Source: an uncultured Verrucomicrobiae bacterium (GTDB taxonomy: Bacteria > Verrucomicrobiota > Verrucomicrobiia > Chthoniobacterales > JAATET01). Taken from it: a stretch of 64,000 nt of DNA. This document shows, in pieces, positions 50,400 to 59,592 of this stretch (positions within the stretch are counted from its first letter, which is position 1; the number at the start of each line of letters is the position of its first letter). A program made the translations under genes and the position numbers. The DNA is taken from positions 96,001-160,000 of the forward strand of contig CAVRCI010000015.1 in assembly GCA_963719495.1 (NCBI GenBank), read 5' to 3'. A model generated the notes under the pieces. It saw only the letters and a list, made by a program, of their open reading frames with translations. It was not told where the DNA came from and did no database searches.

Positions 50400-51584
50400 T
50401 TACGGGCGGCGAGCTGGAAGCTCGCCTGATGCGGGCTGGAAGCCCGCGCTCCCCAGCTTGACCGCTTCGCGGTAGTGGGACTCCAGGGCGGTGATGGAGG
50501 CTGCCTGGGAGAATTTTTCGCGGACGGAGTTGGCGGCGTTTTGGGCGAGGGGTTCGTAGTTGGCGACGGTTTTGATCAAGGATTGCGTGAGGGCTTCGGA
50601 GTTACGTTCCGGGGTGAGGTAGCCGTCGTGGCCGTCGACCACGGCTTCGGGGATGCCTCCGTGTTGGGTCGCGACGACGGGGAGACCGGTCGCCATGGCT
50701 TCGAGCATGGAATTGGGCACGCCTTCCTGGTCGAGCTTGTCGGTGGTCTGGCTGGGGTGGATGAAAACGTGGGAGCGCTCGTAGAGGGCGCGGAGCTGGG
50801 GCTGGGTTTGGAAGCCGACGAAACGCACGGAGGTGCCGAGGCCGAGATCGGCGGCGAGTTTTTCCAAAGTCGGTCGGAGCTTGCCGTCGCCGGCGATGGT
50901 GAAGGTGGCGGCGGGGTGGGTTTTTCGGAATTCGCTGAAGGCTTCGAGCGCGTGGTCGATGCCTTTCTTTTCAATCAGGCGGGCGGCTTGGACGAGGTGC
51001 CAGGCTCCGTCGGCGGGGGCGGTGCGGGGAACGAATGGGAAGTCGTCGAGGGGGATGCCGGTGCGATTGAGGCGGATGCGGGCTGGGTCGGCACCGAGCT
51101 CGACGAGGCGCTGGGCGAGGGATTCGCTGCGGGCGAGGAGGAGGGTGACGGTGCGGAGGAGCTCGCGGAGGCGGTCGTTGTAACCGGGCTCGCGGTCGCG
51201 GAGCATGATGTCCATGCCGTGGAAGGAGACGACGGTGGGGCCGGGCCAGTGGCGGATGAAGGGGAGGAGGTGGACGCCGGTGTGGCCGAAGTAGACGTGG
51301 AGGAGGTCGGCGTGGCGGCGGGTGAGGACGGCGTCGAGCTGATCGTATTCGCCGCGGTAGAAGACGGGCTCGAGGCGGCGGAGGTATTTTTTTTCGAAAC
51401 GGGAGAGGAAATTGATGCGGGGCCGGGGGAGAACTTCGACGGCGTCGAAGGGGAAGCGGTCGGCGTGATCGCGGGATTTGGTGAGGACGAAGGTGTCGAC
51501 GTCACGCAGGCCGGTGATCTGCCGGTAGATGTGCAGCATCTCGGGCTTGAGAAAGGTGGTGCAGTAGCTGGCGACGGTGAGCAT
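50400..51584 (-). CDS. Glycosyltransferase family 4
   Basis: ARLIEKKG, DQEGVPNSMLEAMATGLPVV. Confidence 0.88.
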   Translation of the reverse strand: MLTVASYCTTFLKPEMLHIYRQITGLRDVDTFVLTKSRDHADRFPFDAVEVLPRPRINFLSRFEKKYLRRLEPVFYRGEYDQLDAVLTRRHADLLHVYFGHTGVHLLPFIRHWPGPTVVSFHGMDIMLRDREPGYNDRLRELLRTVTLLLARSESLAQRLVELGADPARIRLNRTGIPLDDFPFVPRTAPADGAWHLVQAARLIEKKGIDHALEAFSEFRKTHPAATFTIAGDGKLRPTLEKLAADLGLGTSVRFVGFQTQPQLRALYERSHVFIHPSQTTDKLDQEGVPNSMLEAMATGLPVVATQHGGIPEAVVDGHDGYLTPERNSEALTQSLIKTVANYEPLAQNAANSVREKFSQAASITALESHYREAVKLGSAGFQPASGELPARRP

Positions 51585-51593
51585 CGGGGGGTG

Positions 51594-51635
51594 ATGGTGA
51601 ATGGTGAATGGTGAATGGTGAATGGTGAATGGTGA
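51594..51635. repeat. Heptamer tandem repeat (ATGGTGA)x6
   Basis: Read directly in the 74-bp gap between the divergent GT4 and ECF sigma genes. Confidence 0.9.
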
Positions 51636-51658
51636 AATGCGGTCGGTGGTGACTACGA

Positions 51659-52249
51659 TTGAGCGAGATGTTGGATCCGACCCCCGAGGATGAGGCTGAT
51701 TTTGCGGCGATGCGTCGCGTGAAGGACGGGGACGCGGTGGCCTTCCGGGAACTCGTCGAACGGCATCAGAATCGCGTCGTTGGCACGGTGGCGAAGATGC
51801 TGGGGAACGACCGGGACGCGGAGGACGTGGCGCAGCAGGTGTTCGTGCGCGTGTGGAAATCGGCGGGGCGCTACGAGCCGCGGGCGAAATTTACGACGTG
51901 GTTGATGACGATCACGCGCAACCTGGTTTTTAACGAGGTGCGACGGCGCGACCGGGTGAAGCTGGTGTCCGTCGAGGCGGAGGAGGACGCGGTGGGGCGG
52001 CAGATCGTGGACTCTTCGGTGCGGATGGCATCGGAGGAGGTGCTGGACGCGGAGTTGCGGGAGGCGGTCGACGCAGCGATCCGGTCGTTGCCGGAGGCTC
52101 AGCGGATGGCGGTGGTGCTGCGGCGTTACGATGGGATGCCGTATGAGGAGATTGCGGTTGTCCTGAAGACGACGGTGCCGGCGGTGAAGAGTCTGCTTTT
52201 CCGGGCTCGGGGGGAGTTGAAACGGTTGCTGGCGGTGTATCTGGGGTAG
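51659..52249 (+). CDS. ECF sigma-70 factor (RpoE/SigW-like)
   Basis: AFRELVERHQ, DAEDVAQQVF, FTTWL..ITRN, LPEAQR..YEEIA..VKSLLFRAR. Confidence 0.92.
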   Translation: MSEMLDPTPEDEADFAAMRRVKDGDAVAFRELVERHQNRVVGTVAKMLGNDRDAEDVAQQVFVRVWKSAGRYEPRAKFTTWLMTITRNLVFNEVRRRDRVKLVSVEAEEDAVGRQIVDSSVRMASEEVLDAELREAVDAAIRSLPEAQRMAVVLRRYDGMPYEEIAVVLKTTVPAVKSLLFRARGELKRLLAVYLG

Positions 52250-52319
52250 CTGGGGGTAGGGGAGAGGGATTTGCGCTTCGCGTTTGGGTTGGTGATTGGC
52301 TGGAAGCCAATTCCACGGA

Positions 52320-52679
52320 TTAAAATTCGGTGAAGACGCGTTTGGCGACGGCCATGGCGTTGTAGGCGGCGGGGTAGCCGATGTAGATGGTCATTTGGAT
52401 GATGAGCTGCTCGATCTCTTCCTTGGTGAGGAGGTTGCTGGCGAGCGCTCCGCGGGTGTGCCACTCGAATTGCGGGAGACTCGCCGACGTGACGAGGGAG
52501 GCGAGGGTGATGAGCTTGCGGGACTTTTGGTCCAGCGCCTCGTTCGTATACATGTCGGCGAATCCGTGTTCGATGACGTGTTGGGTGAGCTGGGGTGACG
52601 CGGCCATGGCGGCGTCGACGCCGCCGGGGCCGAGGTGGAGGTCGGCGAGGGGTTTGCCTTTTTGGAATTGGTCGGTCAT
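52320..52679 (-). CDS. Carboxymuconolactone decarboxylase (CMD/AhpD-fold) family protein
   Basis: LDQKSRKLITLA, HTRGAL, EEIEQL..IYIGYPAA; no CxxC. Confidence 0.8.
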   Translation of the reverse strand: MTDQFQKGKPLADLHLGPGGVDAAMAASPQLTQHVIEHGFADMYTNEALDQKSRKLITLASLVTSASLPQFEWHTRGALASNLLTKEEIEQLIIQMTIYIGYPAAYNAMAVAKRVFTEF

Positions 52680-52691
52680 GGAGTGAAGTGA

Positions 52692-52789
52692 TTTTTGAAC
52701 AGAAGGTCGCAAAGGTCGCAAAGAAGGGAAGGATTCAATTCAGCTCCTTCTTTGTATTCTTTGCGCTCTTTGCGTTCTTCTGTTCAAAA
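52692..52789. repeat. Inverted-repeat element (TTTTGAACAGAAG..CGCAAAG / CTTTGCG..CTTCTGTTCAAAA)
   Basis: Self-complementary ends; half copy at about 54136-54168. Confidence 0.65.
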
Positions 52790-52792
52790 ATC

Positions 52793-54130
52793 CTAGAACA
52801 AACGGGCGTAGCGGTTGGTTTCCCATTGGCTGACGGTTTGGTGGTATTCGCGCCATTCTTCGCTTTTGTAGGTGATGAATTCTTTTCGGAGGTCGGGGCC
52901 GAGCACTTCCTCGACCCAGGGGTCGGCGGCGAAGGCTTTGACGGCTTCGTCGAGGGTGCGGGGGAGTTCGGCGATGCTCCGGGCCGCTAGATCCGATTCG
53001 CTCAATTCGTAGAGGTTGTCTTCCTGGGCGGGGCCGGGGTCGAGGTTTTCGCGGATGCCTTGGAGTCCGGCGGCGAGGGCGAGGGTGGCCGCTAGGTAGG
53101 GATTGCAGGACGTGTCGGCGTTGCGGGACTCGCAGCGGCCACCGCCTTTGGGAATGCGCACGGAATTCGTGCGGTTGTTGCGACCGAAGCTGTTGAAGAC
53201 GGGGGCCCAGGAGTAGTAGGACATGAGGCCGCGGCGGACGAGGCGCTTGTAGCTGTTGACCGTGGGGGCAAAGGTCGCGCAGAGGGCGGGGCCGTGCTTG
53301 AGAATGCCGGCGATGAATTGGTAGCCGAGTTCGCTGAGGCCGAGGCCGCGGGGGTCGTCGGCGGGGTCGCACTCGAAGAGATTCGCGCCGGTGGACGGGT
53401 CGAAGAGCGACATGTTGAAGTGCGCGCCGGAGCCGGTTTTGTCGGCGAAGGGCTTGGGCATGAAGGTCGCGAGGAGGCCTTCTTCGGCGGCGTAGTGCTT
53501 GGCCATGAGGCGGAAGAACGTGAAGCGGTCACAGGTGGTGAGCGCGTCGGCGTAGCGGAAGTCGAACTCGAACTGCGAGTTGGCGTCCTCGTGGTCGAAG
53601 GAGTAGAGCTCCCAGCCGAGGGAGTCGATGGCGGTGGCCATTTTGTCGAGCCACTGGTAGCGGTCGAGGAAGCGTTTGAGGTCGTAGCAGCTCTTCTCGA
53701 GGTTGTCGTCGGGGTTTGGGATCGCGAGGGTGCCGTCGGCGTTCTGGCGGACGACGAAGAGTTCGCATTCGATGCCGAGGTTGAAGCCGAAACCCATTTC
53801 GGCGGCGGCGGCGACTTGCTTCTTGAGCGCGACGCGGGTGGAGATTTCGTAGGGCTGGCCGTGGAAGTGGTTGTCGGCGGGGAACCACGCGACCTCGGGG
53901 TTCCACGGGAGTTGGATCATGCGCTCGAGGTCGGGGACGGAGCTGATCTCGTCGTCGTTGGGCGATTGGCCAAGGCCGTCGAGGGCGTAGCCGGTGTAGA
54001 GTTCGCTGCCGTGCGCGAAGTGGTCTAAGTGCGAGACGGGGACGACTTTTCCCTTCGGGACGCCGTGGATGTCGGGGTAGGCGCCGATGCAGTATTTGAC
54101 GCCTAGTTGGGTGAGGTCGGATTGGGTCAT
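52793..54130 (-). CDS. GS-like glutamate-amine ligase (GlnT/GmaS-like), copy 1
   Basis: [49 protein letters not shown]. Confidence 0.88.
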   Translation of the reverse strand: MTQSDLTQLGVKYCIGAYPDIHGVPKGKVVPVSHLDHFAHGSELYTGYALDGLGQSPNDDEISSVPDLERMIQLPWNPEVAWFPADNHFHGQPYEISTRVALKKQVAAAAEMGFGFNLGIECELFVVRQNADGTLAIPNPDDNLEKSCYDLKRFLDRYQWLDKMATAIDSLGWELYSFDHEDANSQFEFDFRYADALTTCDRFTFFRLMAKHYAAEEGLLATFMPKPFADKTGSGAHFNMSLFDPSTGANLFECDPADDPRGLGLSELGYQFIAGILKHGPALCATFAPTVNSYKRLVRRGLMSYYSWAPVFNSFGRNNRTNSVRIPKGGGRCESRNADTSCNPYLAATLALAAGLQGIRENLDPGPAQEDNLYELSESDLAARSIAELPRTLDEAVKAFAADPWVEEVLGPDLRKEFITYKSEEWREYHQTVSQWETNRYARLF

Positions 54131-54204
54131 GGTGATTTTGAACAGAAGATCGCGAAGGTCGCAAAGGGGGGGAGGAATGCGGGTGAGGAGCTTTAATGCA
54201 GGAT

Positions 54205-55056
54205 CTATGCCGCTTTGAAGCGCTCGCGTTGGCGGTGGGCGATCCAGCGGTTGATTTGCCAGAGGTCGGCGACGGGTTTTTGCGTGAAGGGTTCGAGGTG
54301 GAGGTAGTTGTCGGGGCCGAATTCGGGGGTGAGGGTGGAATTGGCGTGACCGGCGGCTCGTTGGGCGGCCCAGATGGTGTCCCACCAGCGGTCGTGGTTC
54401 GCGAGGTTTTCGGCGTATTCGGGGGCGCGGGGGTCGGGGACCTGGGGACCCTGGTCGTAGCCGACGCGGGCGTGGACGTGGCGGCAGTTGCGGGCGCAGT
54501 GGGCGAGGAGGTCGGGGAATTCGTCGAGGATGGCGGAGCGTTCGGTGACGACGCACCAGTGGCTGAAATCGCACGTGAGCGGGAGGTCGGGGATCGCGTC
54601 GAGGAGGGCGGCGGTGGCGAGGGGGTGGAAGGTGGGGCGGCCGCGGTGGGTTTCGAAGCTGACTTCTGTGCCGTGGTCGGCGGCGATGCGGGTGGCTTCG
54701 CGGAAGAAGTGGATGCTTTCGGCGAGAGGCCAGAGGTCGCTGCCGGCCATGGCGGTGATTTTGAGGGGGGCCATCTCGAGCGCTTGCTCGAGGAGGGTGC
54801 GGAAGTCGGCGAGGTGGTCGGCGGGGGTGAGGCGGGGGGCGGGGACGTATTGGCCGGGGGTGCGAATGCCGGTGGAGATCTCGGCGATGAATTCGAGGTC
54901 GGATTCGGCGACGAGACGGGTGAGCCGTTGGCGGTCGGCTGGGGTTGCCGGTGGAGCGCCCTCGATGCCGTGGAATTTGGCATCGAGGACGTCGGTGATG
55001 GCGTCTTCGTGGGTGCCTTCGTGACCCCAGAGTTGCTTGAAGAGTTGGAGTTGCAT
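54205..55056 (-). CDS. Sugar-phosphate isomerase/epimerase-like TIM-barrel protein
   Basis: FETHRGR, DFSHW, HVHARVG, PEFGP metal-binding pattern. Confidence 0.8.
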   Translation of the reverse strand: MQLQLFKQLWGHEGTHEDAITDVLDAKFHGIEGAPPATPADRQRLTRLVAESDLEFIAEISTGIRTPGQYVPAPRLTPADHLADFRTLLEQALEMAPLKITAMAGSDLWPLAESIHFFREATRIAADHGTEVSFETHRGRPTFHPLATAALLDAIPDLPLTCDFSHWCVVTERSAILDEFPDLLAHCARNCRHVHARVGYDQGPQVPDPRAPEYAENLANHDRWWDTIWAAQRAAGHANSTLTPEFGPDNYLHLEPFTQKPVADLWQINRWIAHRQRERFKAA

Positions 55057-55061
55057 CTTGA

Positions 55062-55793
55062 TTAGCGCTTCGCGTTGGGTGGGTCACCGGCTGGAAGCCG
55101 GTGCCACGTTGCGGCGATTCGGAAACCGAGATTGTCGGATTGGGTGGTGGTAGGTTGAGCGTCCCGGTTCGTGGCTCGGAGGAGGCGGGGGAGCTGGTCC
55201 CAGGCTCCGCCTCGGATGACGCGGTGGTCGGGGTCGCCGTTGGCGATCCACGCGGTGCCGTCGGTCGGGGCTCCTTCGTAGGTGCGGTGCCAGGGGTCGG
55301 CGGTCCATTCGTTGACGTTGCCGTGGAGGTCGTGGATGCCGAAGGGGTTGGTGGGGTAGGCCCCGATGGGGGTCGGATGGCCCGGGCCGACGCGGTGGCC
55401 TTGTTCGCTGTAGAGGTAGTTGGCGTCGGCGGGGGTCAGGTCGGCGCCTCGGGGGTAGGCGGTGCGCTGGCCCGCGGTGGCGGCGTATTCCCACTCGGCT
55501 TCGCTGAGGAGGCGGTAGGGTTGGGCGGTTTCGTCGCGGAGCCATTCGCAGTAGGCGGTGGCTTGGTGCCAGGAGACTCGGACGACGGGGTGGTCGGGGG
55601 CGGCGGTGGGATCGTGGGTCGCGTCGTGGGCGCGGAATTCGGCGTTGGTGATCGGGTGGACGCCGAGGTTGAAGGCGGCGATCCGGACCGGGTGGGCGGG
55701 GCGCTCGGTGGCGTTGGCGAATTTGTCGTCGGGGAGTTCGCCCATGGTGAAGGCCCCGGCGGGGATGGTGCGGGTGGCGGGGATGAGGATCAC
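55062..55793 (-). CDS. FGE-sulfatase (SUMF1/EgtB/PvdO)-fold protein lacking the FGE catalytic cysteines
   Basis: [45 protein letters not shown] overlap with the Rieske gene. Confidence 0.85.
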   Translation of the reverse strand: MILIPATRTIPAGAFTMGELPDDKFANATERPAHPVRIAAFNLGVHPITNAEFRAHDATHDPTAAPDHPVVRVSWHQATAYCEWLRDETAQPYRLLSEAEWEYAATAGQRTAYPRGADLTPADANYLYSEQGHRVGPGHPTPIGAYPTNPFGIHDLHGNVNEWTADPWHRTYEGAPTDGTAWIANGDPDHRVIRGGAWDQLPRLLRATNRDAQPTTTQSDNLGFRIAATWHRLPAGDPPNAKR

Positions 55794-57115
55794 CGGCGGG
55801 GGGATTGCGCGGGGGCGGCGGGGTGCTGGATGGTCGGCCAGGTGCCGTCGGCGCGGGCGGCGAGGTAGCGTTGAAACAGCCATAGGGGCATTTCGAGATG
55901 GCTGAGGCGTCCGGGCTTCGACGTGCGTGAATGGAGTCCGCGCTGGACGGCGGTGCAGGCTTCCATGTCCTCGAGGTGAAAATCGACGAGCATTTGTTCC
56001 TGCGCGGCGCGGCGGGTCTCGTAGTCGGGGAGGATCTTCGTTTCCGGGTGGACGAGGACGGTGGTGAGGAGGCGGCTGCGGTCGGCGGTGACGGGGTCGA
56101 TGCGATACCAGATCATGCGGTCGGGACCGGCGAAGAGCAGGAAGCTGGGGTAGCCAAGGCAGGCGCTCCATTGGTCGCGATGCTCCGGAGGGAGTGAATC
56201 GATGAGTGGGAAATTCGTCGAGAGGGCGGGTTCCCGCTCGTTGATCGCCGGGTCTTTGAGCGGGAGGTTGAGGGCGATGGAATGGGGGCGCTCGGCGGCG
56301 GTCCAGGCGCCCTTGGCGGGCATGATGGGTTGGAGCGTTTTTGCGTGAGTGCCGAGGTGGTGGTAGGGCTCCATGAAGTTCTCGACGAGGACCTTCCAGT
56401 TGAAATCGCAGTCCCACTGGCGCTCGATGACGATGTCCATATCGGCGGTGCGCCAACCGGCGATGTCGGTGTCGAGGTCGTCGTATTGGTCGGCGAGGGG
56501 CTCGGCTTTTCCGTCGAGGTTGACGAAGAGGAAGCCGTTCCAGATTTCGGTGCTGAAAGAGGTGAGCGGATGGTCTTCGCGGTGGAAGTCGGTGGCCTGG
56601 TGCATCTCGGGGCAACCTTTGAGGCTGCCGTCGAGGTCGAAGCTCCAGTGGTGGTAGGGGCAGAGGAAGAGGCGGGTGTGGCCGTGATCGGGGGTCACGG
56701 TGCCGCGGGGCTCGGCGGGGCCGTGGTCGGGTTCGGCGAAGCTGGCGGGCATGATGTCCATGTTGCGGTGGGGGCAGACGCGGGAAAGGACGCGGTGCTG
56801 GCCGTCCTTGCCGTGGACGGCAATGAGGGGTTCGCCGAGGAGGTCGAGTTTGAGAAAGTCGCCGGGGGCGGGGATTTGCGAGAGGTGGCAGACGCCGAGC
56901 CACTCGGGGCGAAGGACGTTCTCGGTTTCCCACGTCAGGAAATCAGGGTCGGTGTAGACGGCGGGTGGGAGGGTGGTGGCTTGGTCGAGGGGGAGGTGGG
57001 CGGTTTGGCGGACTTTTTCCAGGAGGGTGGCGAGGTGGGGAGTGACGGCTTCGCCGTTTCTGGTTGGGTCGGCGATTGCACATCGCCGCTCCTCGAGGTG
57101 GTCCGGTGTGGTCAT
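55790..57115 (-). CDS. Rieske non-heme iron oxygenase alpha subunit (choline monooxygenase/CntA/GbcA-like group)
   Basis: CPH...CPYHHW Rieske motif; NWKVLVENFMEPYHH..H; EDMEAC..VQRGL. Confidence 0.9.
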   Translation of the reverse strand: MTTPDHLEERRCAIADPTRNGEAVTPHLATLLEKVRQTAHLPLDQATTLPPAVYTDPDFLTWETENVLRPEWLGVCHLSQIPAPGDFLKLDLLGEPLIAVHGKDGQHRVLSRVCPHRNMDIMPASFAEPDHGPAEPRGTVTPDHGHTRLFLCPYHHWSFDLDGSLKGCPEMHQATDFHREDHPLTSFSTEIWNGFLFVNLDGKAEPLADQYDDLDTDIAGWRTADMDIVIERQWDCDFNWKVLVENFMEPYHHLGTHAKTLQPIMPAKGAWTAAERPHSIALNLPLKDPAINEREPALSTNFPLIDSLPPEHRDQWSACLGYPSFLLFAGPDRMIWYRIDPVTADRSRLLTTVLVHPETKILPDYETRRAAQEQMLVDFHLEDMEACTAVQRGLHSRTSKPGRLSHLEMPLWLFQRYLAARADGTWPTIQHPAAPAQSPRR

Positions 57116-57207
57116 TTTCGGTTTTGGATCGGCTCGCTTCGCATTGCCGGGTGATGCGGCGGGACGCCGCATCTCGCACGCCGGGAGGCGTGCGCTCCCC
57201 ATGCGTT

Positions 57208-58629
57208 TCAGATGAAGGTGAGGCGTTGGGCGAGGTGGGCTTCGTTGATGGCGTAGAAGCCTTCGTTCCATTCGCGCATTTTTTGCTCGAGGTAGATGTC
57301 TTTAAAGTCGCCGAAGACGGTGTCGATGAGGGTGGAGTCTTCGAAGGCTTCGAGGGCGTGGAGCTGGGTGCGGGGGAGGAGTTTGACGCCGGAGTCGCGG
57401 AGTTCGCGGTGGGTGAGGTCGTAGCAATTGGTGTTGAGGGGAGTGCCGGGATCGAGCTCGCGTTCGATGCCGTCGAGGCCCGCGGCGAGTTGGACGGCCG
57501 CCGCGAGGTAGGGGTTGCAGCCGACGTCGGGGGCGCGATTTTCGACGCAGTAGCGGTTGAGGGGGAGGCGGAGCATGGCCGAGCGGTTGTTGCGACCGTA
57601 GGCGATCATGACGGGTGCCCAACTGATGTCGGGCATGTCGCCTTGGGCGATGAGGCCTTGGTAGCTGTTGTAGCTGGGGCAGGTGACGGCGGTGATGGCG
57701 GGGGCGTGGGCGAGGAGGCCGGCGGTGAAGTGGTAGGCGAGCTGGGAGAGGGGGATGCCGGTGCGGTCGGCGATGGGGTTGGATTCCGGCTCGGGAGCGA
57801 AGAGGTTCTCGCCGGTGGTGGTGCTGGCGAGCGACATGTTGAAGTGGTTGCCGGAGCGGAAATCGTTGGAGAACGGCTTGGGCATGAAGGTCGCGGTGGC
57901 TCCGATTTCTTCGGCGACCTGTTTGGCCATCAGGCGGAGGAAGGTGAAGCGGTCGGAGATCGTGAGGGCGTCGGCGTATTGGAAGTCGAACTCGAACTGA
58001 CCGTGACCGCCCTCCTGATCGAAGGAGTAGAGATTCCAGCCGAGTTCCTCGAAGTGGCGCGACATCGGGGCGAGGAAGTCGAGGGCGTCGATGGAGAGTT
58101 TGACGTCGTAGGCCGGGCAGGTGCCCTGGTAGCGGGTCGGGGTGACGGGGCGGCGTTCGCCGGTTTCCGGGTCGACGAAGAGGACGTAGAATTCGGGTTC
58201 GAAGCCGAGGTTGAAGGTGAACCCGAGGTCGGTGGCGCGGGCGAGCTGGCGCTTGAGGATCTGGCGGCTGTCGTGCGGGTAGGGCGAGCCGTGGTAGTAG
58301 AGGTCGCCGAAGAAGTAGCCGAGCCGGGAGTCCCACGGGCATTGGATCAGGGTATCGAGGTCGGGAACGGCGGCGCATTCGTCCTCCTGCGGACCGACGA
58401 GGCCCATGCCTTCCATGGCTCCGACGGTAAAGAGCTCGGAGCCGTGCGCCATCTTTTCGAGCGCGGAGAGCGGAGTCGTTTTCGCCTTCGGGACGCCGTG
58501 GATGTCGACGTAGGTGGAGTAGAGAAACTCGACGCCGCCGTCTTCGAGGGTGGCGCGGGTGGCGGCGAGCTTGGCGGGGTCGACGGCGAAGTCGGCGGGG
58601 ACGGCGAAAGTGGGCTCGTTGGCGGACAT
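57208..58629 (-). CDS. GS-like amide ligase, copy 2 (divergent)
   Basis: DIHGVPKAK, GFEPEF, QEGGHGQFE, FMPKPF, HFNMS, NNRS, ENRAPD. Confidence 0.85.
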   Translation of the reverse strand: MSANEPTFAVPADFAVDPAKLAATRATLEDGGVEFLYSTYVDIHGVPKAKTTPLSALEKMAHGSELFTVGAMEGMGLVGPQEDECAAVPDLDTLIQCPWDSRLGYFFGDLYYHGSPYPHDSRQILKRQLARATDLGFTFNLGFEPEFYVLFVDPETGERRPVTPTRYQGTCPAYDVKLSIDALDFLAPMSRHFEELGWNLYSFDQEGGHGQFEFDFQYADALTISDRFTFLRLMAKQVAEEIGATATFMPKPFSNDFRSGNHFNMSLASTTTGENLFAPEPESNPIADRTGIPLSQLAYHFTAGLLAHAPAITAVTCPSYNSYQGLIAQGDMPDISWAPVMIAYGRNNRSAMLRLPLNRYCVENRAPDVGCNPYLAAAVQLAAGLDGIERELDPGTPLNTNCYDLTHRELRDSGVKLLPRTQLHALEAFEDSTLIDTVFGDFKDIYLEQKMREWNEGFYAINEAHLAQRLTFI

Positions 58630-58727
58630 CTTGGGGAGACGATGCGCGCCGGGGTTGGGGAGGGGAATAGGAAGAACGGGCTACTTCGATTTATGATTTA
58701 CGATTGGTGATTTATGATTGGGGTGGG

Positions 58728-59435
58728 TCAGCGGAGGGCGGTGATGGCGGCGTGGCGGTTTTCGACTCCCAGCTTTTGGAAGATGTGATCGAGGTGGTTT
58801 TTGACCGTGTGGGGGCTGATGCCGAGGATGGTGGCAATTTCGTCGTTGGATTTGCCTTCGCTGAGCCAGTGGTGGACTTCGCGTTCGCGCGGGGTGAGGG
58901 CGGCGAGGACGTCCGAGGTGAGCGAGCGGACGTGGGGAATCGTGGTGAGCGCGTTGGGTGGGCGGGGGGCGGATCGGGCGAGATGGTCGATGCCGACGAC
59001 TCCGACGCAACGGCCTTCGGTGACGATGGGGGCGACCTCGCTGGTGATGCGGTGGATGGCGTTGTCGATGGGGTAGAAGTAGGGATCGACCGCGCAGAGT
59101 TCGGCGCGCTGCCGGGGCACCCAATACCAGGAGCCGAGGCGGCGTTCAGCGTATCCGGTGACGGGGTCGAGCTTGGCGTGGCCGCGAGTGCGGTGCCAGT
59201 GGGGGACGAAGCGACCGGTGGCGTCGTGGCCGGGGGCGTGGCGGTATTCCGAGTCGCGACCGTCGAGGGCCTCGGGTTCCCAGACGCTCCAGACGCCGTT
59301 GCAGTCCGCGTTGGATTCGAGGACGGAGCGCAGGATGGCGAGGTAGGTGGCGCGCTGGGTGACGCCGAGGCTGTGCAGATTTGCGAAAGTGGCGGCGAGC
59401 CGCGCGGCTGGGCGGTCGGTGTCGGTGGGTCGCAT
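58728..59435 (-). CDS. LuxR-family regulator with N-terminal Cache/PDC-like sensor domain
   Basis: C-terminal LTPREREV..GKSNDEIA.ILGISPHTVKNHL; N-terminal WEPEALDG..TGRFVPHWHR..DPYFY..PI...GVVGID. Confidence 0.8.
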   Translation of the reverse strand: MRPTDTDRPAARLAATFANLHSLGVTQRATYLAILRSVLESNADCNGVWSVWEPEALDGRDSEYRHAPGHDATGRFVPHWHRTRGHAKLDPVTGYAERRLGSWYWVPRQRAELCAVDPYFYPIDNAIHRITSEVAPIVTEGRCVGVVGIDHLARSAPRPPNALTTIPHVRSLTSDVLAALTPREREVHHWLSEGKSNDEIATILGISPHTVKNHLDHIFQKLGVENRHAAITALR

Positions 59436-59501
59436 GCGTGGTTGTCGGAAGGTTTTTAGCGGGAGGCGGCGGGGTGGGTGGCGTGGGGGGAGAGTGGAAG
59501 T

Positions 59502-59574
59502 CAGAGATTGCCTTTTTGGTTGCTTGAAGAAATGAAAGGCGGTCGATGGCTCTTCACTGCGTTCAGAATGACAG
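59502..59574 (+). repeat. Family-A REP-containing 73-bp element
   Basis: Nearly identical to 33450-33522. Confidence 0.8.
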
Positions 59575-59592
59575 GGGAGGTATTTCGATTTC

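Noticed and set aside
52793..54130. Calling this the housekeeping glutamine synthetase glnA or a confirmed gmaS
   Set aside because: Sequence is GlnT/GmaS-like rather than GSI, and the methylamine-pathway partners are not in the window, so no gene symbol was assigned
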